DNA of 64,000 nucleotides from Cyanophyceae cyanobacterium (GTDB taxonomy: Bacteria; Cyanobacteriota; Cyanobacteriia; Cyanobacteriales; Laspinemataceae): the NCBI GenBank assembly GCA_038321985.1, contig JBBQFN010000005.1:64001-128000 (forward strand), written 5' to 3'. Within the stretch, counting starts at the first letter, position 1, and every line of letters begins with the position of its first letter. Under the pieces are notes generated by a model that saw nothing but the letters and a program-made list of their open reading frames with translations, was not told where the DNA came from and ran no database searches. This document shows, piece by piece, positions 10,482 to 18,268 of this stretch. The position numbers and the translations under genes were made by a program.

Positions 10482-10513
10482 AGCATAAACCTTCCCCCAC
10501 ACTGGAGAGTCTA
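10482..10513 (-). promoter_or_regulatory. MerR/CueR-type promoter-operator of the Cu-ATPase
   Basis: Minus strand TAGACT-N20-TATGCT with dyad ACTCTCC...GGAAGGT across the long spacer. Confidence 0.6.
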
Positions 10514-10544
10514 CCCCTTTTAACAAAACTTCACATTTTACCCG

Positions 10545-10720
10545 TCTTAAGTTCGTAGTAACGACTGAAGTCGTTCCATCTTAAGTTCGTAGTAACGACT
10601 TGCTGTCGTTCTCTCTTAAGTTCGTAGTAACGACTTGCTGTCGTTCCCTCTTAAGTTCGTAGTAACGACTTGCTGTCGTTCCCTCTTAAGTTCGTAGTAA
10701 CGACTTCAGTCGTTCTCTTA
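10545..10720 (+). repeat. Five head-to-tail 34-35 bp GTAG-hairpin (REP-like) units, no spacers
   Basis: TCTTAAGTTCGTAGTAACGAC-loop-GTCGTT-NNN starting at 10545, 10579, 10614, 10649 and 10684. Confidence 0.95.
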
Positions 10721-10747
10721 ATAGTCTTAAGTCCCACCGCAAGGGTT

Positions 10748-10812
10748 AGAAACCAGGTTTCTTTCAAAAAATGGGGCTAATTTCTACAAGTTATTTCAGA
10801 AACCCAGTTTCT
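10748..10812. repeat. Dispersed element bounded by AGAAACC-N-GGTTTCT-like palindromes
   Basis: AGAAACCAGGTTTCT (10748) and AGAAACCCAGTTTCT (10798), 50 bp apart; sister copy at 15089-15153. Confidence 0.75.
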
Positions 10813-10836
10813 TGTCCCTCACTAAAACAAAGATTG

Positions 10837-11901
10837 CTACCGATCCCAATCGGCAACTTCATAGAGAAACTTCGTACCCCCCAGCAATTTGCGATTATAA
10901 GAGGTACTTTGAACAAAAACGAGATACTCCTCTAAATTAGCCGGTTTAATTCGTACCGTTTCCCCCGGCGGTAATCCTAACATCTCCCGAGCCGAATCTC
11001 CTTCAAACAAATCTCCCGTCGCCCGATTCATCAAAATAATTTCTTTCTTCCCTTGGATCGTTTCAGTTTTTGTGAACTCATAAAACCCGCGACCCCGTTC
11101 AAAAGTTAGACCATTTTCAATCACAAAATCTTTAATTGCACCGTTTTTATCAATATCTAACACTTGAAATCGCCCCGGAATCACCGCGCGTAAGTCTGCC
11201 GATTCATGATAAAATTTTCCCTCCCGATTGAGCAGGGTATTAAACATTTTATTTAACCCGCGACTCATTCGACCCTGTTCCGTGACTTCAGCTTCATATG
11301 CTTGCAGTTGGTCATCGGAGGATTGCTGATAACAAACCGCTAAAAATAGATCAGTAATATAGGCAAACTGGTCTAAATTGATATGAAATCCCCCGGATTT
11401 TTCCGCCAGTTCTTTATAGAAAAGCGTGGCATGGGAACGATTGAGGGCTTGCACACCGTAAACGGGAATTGCCATCTCCGCTAATTTATCAACTTCCTTG
11501 CGCCAGTTCAGCTTTTGAGGATTTTGAGCCGGTGCATGGGGAATATCATCCCCAATTAAAACTAGGGATTTGTTACTTGCTGGACTCCAGGATAAAGATT
11601 GAGCTTCATGCAAGACTAATTCATAACATTCCGGTGCATCTCCCCCTCCGGTTGCTTCGACATTTTGCACAAAGTCACAAATTTTATCCGCATCTCCCGA
11701 TAAGTCTAAGTGCTTTGTAACGTAGGTTTTTCCGGCGTCGCAGTAGTCACCGTGGGCAATGATTCCAATGCGAATACCGGGGATTTCATCCAGTAATCGA
11801 GTGATGCTTTGTTTGAGGTTACGCCGGACTTGGGTGAGGCAAGGGTACATACTCCCCGTGGTGTCAAAACTAAAAACAATATCAAGGGTTTTAACGCTCA
11901 T
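10837..11901 (-). CDS. vWA-domain protein with an uncharacterised C-terminal domain
   Basis: DIVFSFDTTGSM MIDAS-like motif, GGGDAPE, LVLIGDDIPH. Confidence 0.88.
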   Translation of the reverse strand: MSVKTLDIVFSFDTTGSMYPCLTQVRRNLKQSITRLLDEIPGIRIGIIAHGDYCDAGKTYVTKHLDLSGDADKICDFVQNVEATGGGDAPECYELVLHEAQSLSWSPASNKSLVLIGDDIPHAPAQNPQKLNWRKEVDKLAEMAIPVYGVQALNRSHATLFYKELAEKSGGFHINLDQFAYITDLFLAVCYQQSSDDQLQAYEAEVTEQGRMSRGLNKMFNTLLNREGKFYHESADLRAVIPGRFQVLDIDKNGAIKDFVIENGLTFERGRGFYEFTKTETIQGKKEIILMNRATGDLFEGDSAREMLGLPPGETVRIKPANLEEYLVFVQSTSYNRKLLGGTKFLYEVADWDR

Positions 11902-12032
11902 TCGGCTATCTCCTCTAATCGTTAATTTGAGAGATTTTCTGTTTTGTATTGATAGTTTCCCTAGGGATTCGGTTCCGGGTAAGGACCCGCCAGGGCTGTC
12001 TCTTTACCCGGTTTCTACGCCCTTATAGACTC

Positions 12033-12063
12033 ATTATATCTGGTGTTGATGTTTTTGTCAGCA
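12033..12063 (-). promoter_or_regulatory. Sigma70-type promoter of the vWA gene
   Basis: Minus strand CTGACA-N17-TATAAT with an imperfect dyad over the -35 box. Confidence 0.55.
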
Positions 12064-12190
12064 TTTTCAAATTCCTGAGATGTACTGCCGGCAATTAGCA
12101 CAATAAATGCCGGATTTAAAAATATAAATCTGGCTGATTTTTAGGGGTTAGGCCAATGCTTTTCCTATCCTCTCCTAAAGAAAAATCCGC

Positions 12191-12730
12191 CTACTGGAGG
12201 AGGGCGCGAATAATGGCACTGAGGATCCAAATGCTAACGCCAACGATCGCCAGTACAGCAACCATTAACCCCACCAATAACAGCACAATAAACAGCGTGT
12301 TGGCTTTTCTTTCTGAAGTGGGAGCATCTAAGTGAGTTTCCAACAGTTCCATATTGCGGACATTTGCTTTCCAGGCAGCGTCAAACACATCTCCAACGAT
12401 GGGAACTGTCCCTACCAGTGTTTCTAAGAGAATGTTGGAAACCATTTGCACTAAACTTTTGCGCGGGACTCCTAGCTGGGCAGCGCTGAATATAATGTAA
12501 GCCGACAAAAGAGCACCGGCAATGTCCCCCCCTGCTGGGATGAGTCCGAGGAGGGGGTCAAGTCCAAAGCGGATGGGGGTTCCGGGAATGCGAATTGCGT
12601 TGTCAAGGAGATGACTAAGGTTACGGAGGCGTTTGAGGGTCTTAAGTTTAGAGTCGGTTGATGTAATCATGGGGGAGGATAAATAGGGGTTGAGAACTGA
12701 TTTTTCAATTATGACGGAAGAAAGGGGCAA
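12191..12730 (-). CDS. DUF4112 membrane protein (start probably the ATG near 12670)
   Basis: LLDNAIRIPGT-RFGLDPLLGLIP-GD and DAAWKANVRN motifs. Confidence 0.88.
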   Translation of the reverse strand: MPLSSVIIEKSVLNPYLSSPMITSTDSKLKTLKRLRNLSHLLDNAIRIPGTPIRFGLDPLLGLIPAGGDIAGALLSAYIIFSAAQLGVPRKSLVQMVSNILLETLVGTVPIVGDVFDAAWKANVRNMELLETHLDAPTSERKANTLFIVLLLVGLMVAVLAIVGVSIWILSAIIRALLQ

Positions 12731-12965
12731 CTGAGTTGCGCGATCGCCCCCTAGGAAGAAATTTCCCCCGGTTAGAGGTAAGGCAACTGCGCCTATTTTG
12801 TATAGAAATAGAGGGGGTTATGGTTAACCTAGCGGGATGAAAAGAAGAAAAGCGATCGCCTAACGCCATAGAATCACCCTCCCGGTAGATTACAACGATA
12901 GGGGGTATTTTGTTATCCTCCAGGTGGTTAGTTAACCGATATAAACCCTGATAAGGAAACACAAA

Positions 12966-13733
12966 ATGCCTGAAGACTATAAAGCACAACGCACGGTTTC
13001 TGCCATCTTTCAAGAACAACAGCAAATCGATAGCGCCATCCGCCGTCTACTGGATCGCGGTATTCCCCAAGACCATATTTCAGTCATGGGAAAAAACTTT
13101 CAATCCAATACTCGCATCACCGGATTTATTACTAAAAAAGATGTGATTTTGGGAGGATTACGAAGCGGCGCGATTTTCGGGTCTTTGTTTGGTTCATTTT
13201 TAAGTTTGCTAACCGGAGTCGGTGTCTTATTTATCCCCTTTCTGGGTCCCGTGGTTGCCGCTGGACCTCTAAGTGCGGTGTTATTAGGGGCAGCATCTGG
13301 GGCGATCGCCGGAAGCGCAGGGGCCGGGTTAGTTTCCGTCTTTGTTGCCTTGGGAATGCCGGAAGAAAAAGCCGCCATTTATCAAACGCGCTTGGAAGCT
13401 GGGGAATTTCTAGTGATGGCAGAGGTTCCGGAAGAGAAATCCGGTGAAATTCAACTTCTTCTTGAAAGTGTCGGAGGACAAGAAATTGCCACTAATAGCA
13501 TGACTTTACCTCGCCCTTGCCCCGGGTCCTGCAACGGTCCAGAAGATTTATCTCCCGAAATTCGCACTCATTTATCCCCGGAGGCACAGCAAACCTTTAT
13601 CCAACAGTATAATACTGGAATCGCACAAAACCAGGATTCTCTGAAAGCTGAACACTCGGCATGGGAAGCGATTCATCAGCAGTACGAAGAAGATGAAAAT
13701 GGGGTATGGTCTAAATCTAAGATTTCAGTCTAG
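12966..13733 (+). CDS. General stress protein (17M-like membrane domain) fused to a C-terminal ChaB domain
   Basis: Gly-rich hydrophobic core [10 protein letters not shown]-terminal [18 protein letters not shown]...AWEAIHQQY. Confidence 0.8.
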   Translation: MPEDYKAQRTVSAIFQEQQQIDSAIRRLLDRGIPQDHISVMGKNFQSNTRITGFITKKDVILGGLRSGAIFGSLFGSFLSLLTGVGVLFIPFLGPVVAAGPLSAVLLGAASGAIAGSAGAGLVSVFVALGMPEEKAAIYQTRLEAGEFLVMAEVPEEKSGEIQLLLESVGGQEIATNSMTLPRPCPGSCNGPEDLSPEIRTHLSPEAQQTFIQQYNTGIAQNQDSLKAEHSAWEAIHQQYEEDENGVWSKSKISV

Positions 13734-13994
13734 GGGAAAGCTACAAGTTAGAACCGGGTTTTATTGACAATACCTTTACCCATTTGCACTCAATTAGGGT
13801 TACAGATTCGGTTTTTTATTCCCTTGATTTAATACCCAAACGGAAACTCTAGGGGCGCACAATGGTGCGCCCTTGGTCATCATCCATAGATGAAGTGAGG
13901 GGAAAGGGTTTCTTAAATTTTTGTAAGGAATAGGGAGAAATAGTGATTTACATGATTTAATAAGATTAACTCCCTCTCTAAAAATAGGATAAAC

Positions 13995-14159
13995 ATGAAA
14001 AAATATAGCTGTACCATCTGTAATTATGTGTATGACCCCGCCGAGGGAGACCCGGAGTCGGGGATAGCACCGGAAACCGCGTTTGAAGATATCCCCGAGG
14101 ATTGGGTTTGTCCCATCTGCGGCGCATCCAAAGCAGATTTTGAAGAAATGATGGACTAA
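13995..14159 (+). CDS. Rubredoxin
   Basis: Below the ORF-track cutoff; [54 protein letters not shown]. Confidence 0.96.
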   Translation: MKKYSCTICNYVYDPAEGDPESGIAPETAFEDIPEDWVCPICGASKADFEEMMD

Positions 14160-14179
14160 ATTAAGAGGGTTTTTTCGGG

Positions 14180-15058
14180 TTGATGAAAAAAATTTTAATT
14201 ACGGGGTCTAGTGGTTTTTTAGGCTGGAATCTTTGTCAGCTTGCTCAATCCGACTGGCAGGTATTTGGCACTTATTGCTCTCATGAAATTACTATTCCGG
14301 GTTGTCAGCTAGTTTCGGTTAATTTAACCGATTTTCAGGCCCTTAAACAGTTATTGGATGAAATTGGACCCGATGCAGTGATTCATACGGCGGCCCAATC
14401 TCAGCCAAATATTTGTCAAAATTATCCCCAGGAATCTTATCAGATTAATGTGAAAGTTTCGAGTGATTTGGCTGGGTTGTGTGCAGATGCTGAGATTCCC
14501 TGCGTTTTTACCTCTACAGATTTAGTGTTTGATGGGTTAAATCCGCCTTACGCGGAAACCCATGCGGTTTGTCCAGTTAGTCTGTATGGAGAACAAAAGG
14601 TTCAGGCAGAGATAGAAATGCGCGATCGCAATCCTCAAACGATTATTTGTCGAATGCCGTTAATGTTTGGAGAGGGAGGACCCGCCGCCCAAAGTTTCCT
14701 GCAACCCATGTTACAGACCTTGCGATCGGGACAAGAATTAGCCTTATTTACCGATGAATTTCGCACGCCGGTGAGTGGAAAAACAGCGGCCCAGGGTTTA
14801 TTATTGGCCTTGGAAAGAGGTGCGGGTTTGCTGCATTTGGGAGGGAAAGAGCGGGTTTCGCGCTACGAGTTTTTTGAGCAAGTCATTGAGGTGTTAGAGG
14901 TGAGGGAGGGGAAGATTAAAAAATGTCGGCAACAAGATGTAAAAATGTCGGCCCCGAGACCCCCGGATGTGTCGTTAGATAGTTCCAAAGCGTTTAGTTT
15001 GGGGTACAGTCCGTTACCATTGCGGGAACAAGTAGCCGAGTTATTGGGACGGGTTTGA
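14180..15058 (+). CDS. RmlD-like extended SDR (dTDP-4-dehydrorhamnose reductase family)
   Basis: TGSSGFLG, STDLVFDG, YGEQK, DEFRTP. Confidence 0.88.
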   Translation: MMKKILITGSSGFLGWNLCQLAQSDWQVFGTYCSHEITIPGCQLVSVNLTDFQALKQLLDEIGPDAVIHTAAQSQPNICQNYPQESYQINVKVSSDLAGLCADAEIPCVFTSTDLVFDGLNPPYAETHAVCPVSLYGEQKVQAEIEMRDRNPQTIICRMPLMFGEGGPAAQSFLQPMLQTLRSGQELALFTDEFRTPVSGKTAAQGLLLALERGAGLLHLGGKERVSRYEFFEQVIEVLEVREGKIKKCRQQDVKMSAPRPPDVSLDSSKAFSLGYSPLPLREQVAELLGRV

Positions 15059-15088
15059 GGGGGTTAGTTTGGGTTCAGAGATAGGACT

Positions 15089-15153
15089 AGAAACCGGGTT
15101 TCTTGCGGAGTTTTTTGCTAATTATTAGAATTTTTGGGAAAAATCTGGTTTCT
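15089..15153. repeat. Second copy of the AGAAACC-N-GGTTTCT-bounded element
   Basis: AGAAACCGGGTTTCT (15089) and AAAAATCTGGTTTCT (15139), 50 bp apart. Confidence 0.7.
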
Positions 15154-15309
15154 AATCTCTGGGTGAACCCTACCCTAACCCCCGCTAACGCACAGGGGAG
15201 GGGACGGAAGAGTTTGGGGTTTATGCCGTGGAAACCTTACCTAAATTTTGGTATGCTTTCGTGAACCTCTGGAAAAAGAGGAAAGACTGTGGCACAATAG
15301 AATTTTTTA

Positions 15310-16596
15310 ATGGGAATGCAAGGAATTAAGGACGCGGGCGATCGCCCTTTGAAGGTGGTTGTAATTGGTGGGGGTGCGGCGGGCTTCTTTGGGGCGATTA
15401 ATTGCGCTCAAACCCATACTCAGGCTCAGGTTACACTTTTAGAGGCGGGGCGGCAACCCCTAGCCAAGGTAAAAATTTCTGGGGGGGGACGATGCAATGT
15501 GACTCATGCTTGTTTCGACCCTGGTATTTTGGTGAACCATTATCCCCGAGGAGGTAAGGCGCTGCGGGGGGCATTTTCCCGTTTTCAAGCGCGGGATACG
15601 GTGACTTGGTTTGAAAGTCGGGGGGTGAAGCTGAAAACGGAGGAAGATGGGCGAATGTTCCCCACTACCGATGATTCGGAGACGATTATTCAATGTCTAA
15701 TGCAGCAGGTGAGAGAATCGGGGGTGAGACTTAGAACCGGGGTATCGGTGATGGGGGTGAATCGTCAGTCGCCCTCGGGGAGTGAGAAGGCAGGTAAATT
15801 TGAGATTGTCTTTAAGTCGGGGGAAATTTTGGAGTGCGATCGCCTGATGTTGGCAACGGGTAGCAATCCCCTTGGGTATAAAATTGTGCGATCGCTAGGA
15901 CATACCATCGAACCACCCGTTCCTTCTCTGTTTACCTTTAATGTGACTGACCCTCGCCTCCAAGATTTGGCTGGGGTTGCAGTTAAAATAGCGCGAGTTC
16001 AATTACGGGATGCTAAATTAACCCAAACTGGGCCTGTCTTAATCACTCATTGGGGTCTGAGTGGTCCGGCAATTCTGAAACTCTCAGCATGGGGTGCAAG
16101 ATATTTATATGACCATAAGTATCGCGCTACTTTAACCATTGATTGGTTACCCCAGTATAACCCGGAAGTGTTGCGGGAACAGTTACAGGCGGTTAAATCT
16201 CAGTTACCGCGAAAGGCAGTCGCCACGAGTTGTCCGTTTCCAATTCCCCGGCGTTTATGGGAACGCTTGTTAGAATCAACGGGAATTAATATGGAAACTC
16301 GATGGGCGGAAATTTCTAAAAAATCCATCAATCAGTTAGTAGAAGAACTGACCCGAGGAGAGTATCAAATCACCGGCAAAGGTGTATTTAAAGAGGAATT
16401 TGTCACCTGTGGCGGGGTGCGACTTAAAGAGGTGAATTTTAAGACGATGGAAAGTCGCTGTAGTCCGGGTTTATATTTTGCCGGAGAAATTTTAGATATT
16501 GATGGGGTAACGGGAGGGTTTAATTTTCAAAGTGCCTGGACGACAAGCTGGTTGGCGGCACAGTCTATGGGAATTCCCGGGGAAAGAAAGTCATAA
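15310..16596 (+). CDS. NAD(P)/FAD-dependent oxidoreductase, HI0933/BaiN family
   Basis: GGGAAG, KISGGGRCNVT, EFVTCGGV, GEILDIDGVTGGFNFQSAW. Confidence 0.93.
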   Translation: MGMQGIKDAGDRPLKVVVIGGGAAGFFGAINCAQTHTQAQVTLLEAGRQPLAKVKISGGGRCNVTHACFDPGILVNHYPRGGKALRGAFSRFQARDTVTWFESRGVKLKTEEDGRMFPTTDDSETIIQCLMQQVRESGVRLRTGVSVMGVNRQSPSGSEKAGKFEIVFKSGEILECDRLMLATGSNPLGYKIVRSLGHTIEPPVPSLFTFNVTDPRLQDLAGVAVKIARVQLRDAKLTQTGPVLITHWGLSGPAILKLSAWGARYLYDHKYRATLTIDWLPQYNPEVLREQLQAVKSQLPRKAVATSCPFPIPRRLWERLLESTGINMETRWAEISKKSINQLVEELTRGEYQITGKGVFKEEFVTCGGVRLKEVNFKTMESRCSPGLYFAGEILDIDGVTGGFNFQSAWTTSWLAAQSMGIPGERKS

Positions 16597-16637
16597 TAAA
16601 AGTCTGGTGATGATATCATAGACTAAGCGGAAAGGAG

Positions 16638-17774
16638 TTGCTGATGAGACAGCAAAAAGATATTTTTGTGTTCTTAGAAATCTTTTCCGGTGAGGGAGGG
16701 ATTCAATCTTACGTGAAAGATATTTTGACCGCTTATGGGGATTTAGCCTCAAATCACCAGAGAGGAGCCCAGGTGTTGCTGTTGCGGGATGGCCTCGACT
16801 GTGAGAATCCCTTTGAGGGCAATCCGGCGTTTCGATTTCACTATCTTAAAACCCTGCCGCCTATGTGGGGACGGGTCCGGTTGGCTGTTACTCTCCTGAA
16901 TCAACTAATATTACATCGTCCGAGGCGGGTGTTTTGTGGTCATATTAATTTAGCACCCTTGATACAAGCCCTCTGTCAACCGTTAGGGATTCCCTATACA
17001 GTTTTGACCTATGGCAAAGAAGTGTGGGAACCGCTGCCGGGGATGGCACAAAAAGCCCTGCAAACAGCTAACCGCATCTGGACGATTAGCCGATACAGTC
17101 GCGATCGCACTTGTGAGGGCAATGGATTACAACCCCATCAGTTTGATTTACTCCCTTGTGCGGTGGATGCGGAACAATTTACTCCCGGTCCTCAACCCCC
17201 GGAGTTAGTTGAACGCTATGGATTAGCTGGGTTTAAGGTGTTGATGACTGTGGCGCGACTGTGGTCCGGAGATATCTATAAGGGGGTGGATGTGACCATT
17301 CGATCGTTACCATATATAGCACAAAAGATTCCCGATGTCAAGTATCTAGTGATTGGTCGCGGGGACGACCGCCCAAGGTTGGAGGCACTCGCCCAGGAGT
17401 TGGGGGTGAGCGATCGCGTGGTGTTTGCCGGGTTTGTGCCAACTGCTGAGTTAAACGCTCACTATCGCGTGGCAGATGCCTATATTATGCCCTCTCAAGA
17501 GGGATTTGGGATTGTGTATTTAGAGGCAATGGCTTGCGGAAAACCGGTCCTCTCCGGAGATGCCGATGGATCTGCCGACCCGTTGCAAGATGGCAAACTC
17601 GGCTGGCAAGTGCCACACCGGGACCCCCAGGCCGTTGCCGCCGCCTGCATTGAAATGTTGAGGGGAGAGGACCGACGCTGTGATGGGAATTGGTTGCGGC
17701 AGGAAACTTTAGGGGAGTTTGGTACGGATGCCTTTACCGCGCGGGTCAAACAACTGATAGAGTTTTCTGAGTAG
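16638..17774 (+). CDS. Glycosyltransferase family 4
   Basis: GGIQSY, YKGVD, EGFGIVYLEAMACGKPV. Confidence 0.92.
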   Translation: MLMRQQKDIFVFLEIFSGEGGIQSYVKDILTAYGDLASNHQRGAQVLLLRDGLDCENPFEGNPAFRFHYLKTLPPMWGRVRLAVTLLNQLILHRPRRVFCGHINLAPLIQALCQPLGIPYTVLTYGKEVWEPLPGMAQKALQTANRIWTISRYSRDRTCEGNGLQPHQFDLLPCAVDAEQFTPGPQPPELVERYGLAGFKVLMTVARLWSGDIYKGVDVTIRSLPYIAQKIPDVKYLVIGRGDDRPRLEALAQELGVSDRVVFAGFVPTAELNAHYRVADAYIMPSQEGFGIVYLEAMACGKPVLSGDADGSADPLQDGKLGWQVPHRDPQAVAAACIEMLRGEDRRCDGNWLRQETLGEFGTDAFTARVKQLIEFSE

Positions 17775-17810
17775 GATAGAGGTATTGACGATTTTCTGTG
17801 GGAGTCAATT

Positions 17811-18197
17811 GTGAATCAAAACAGTTACAAATCCTTGCTGTTGACCCTATCGGGCCTCAGTCGGTGGCTGATGCCGGTGTTTATCGTGTGGCTGCTAATT
17901 TCCATCGGGTTGGGATGGGTGGTGAAGTCGATTTTAATCCTGATCGTGGCAATTGCGGTCCTGCCGGTGGTGGGCTTTTTTGGCTTGCGCTGGTGGCTGA
18001 GTCGGAACCTGATTGTTGATCACTGTCCGGTGTGCAGTTATGAACTCACCGGATTGAATCAGACCCAATTTCAATGTCCCAGTTGCGGGGAACCCCTGAT
18101 GGGTGAACAGGATCACTTCGTCCGGTTGACGCCACCGGGGACGATCGATATTGATGCGATCGATGTCTCCGCTAGGGCGATTGAGGAGTCCAGGTGA
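17811..18197 (+). CDS. Membrane protein with a zinc ribbon
   Basis: Two hydrophobic helices, then CPVC...CPSC; GTIDIDA tail. Confidence 0.8.
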   Translation: MNQNSYKSLLLTLSGLSRWLMPVFIVWLLISIGLGWVVKSILILIVAIAVLPVVGFFGLRWWLSRNLIVDHCPVCSYELTGLNQTQFQCPSCGEPLMGEQDHFVRLTPPGTIDIDAIDVSARAIEESR

Positions 18198-18268
18198 AGG
18201 GTGTTATCAGGGTTGAGGGTGGAGAATGGACTACCCTCAACGGCGATCGCATTCCGTGGGGACATTGA

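Noticed and set aside
10545..10720. CRISPR array
   Set aside because: The ~35 bp repeats abut with no unique spacers, and no cas genes are in the window.
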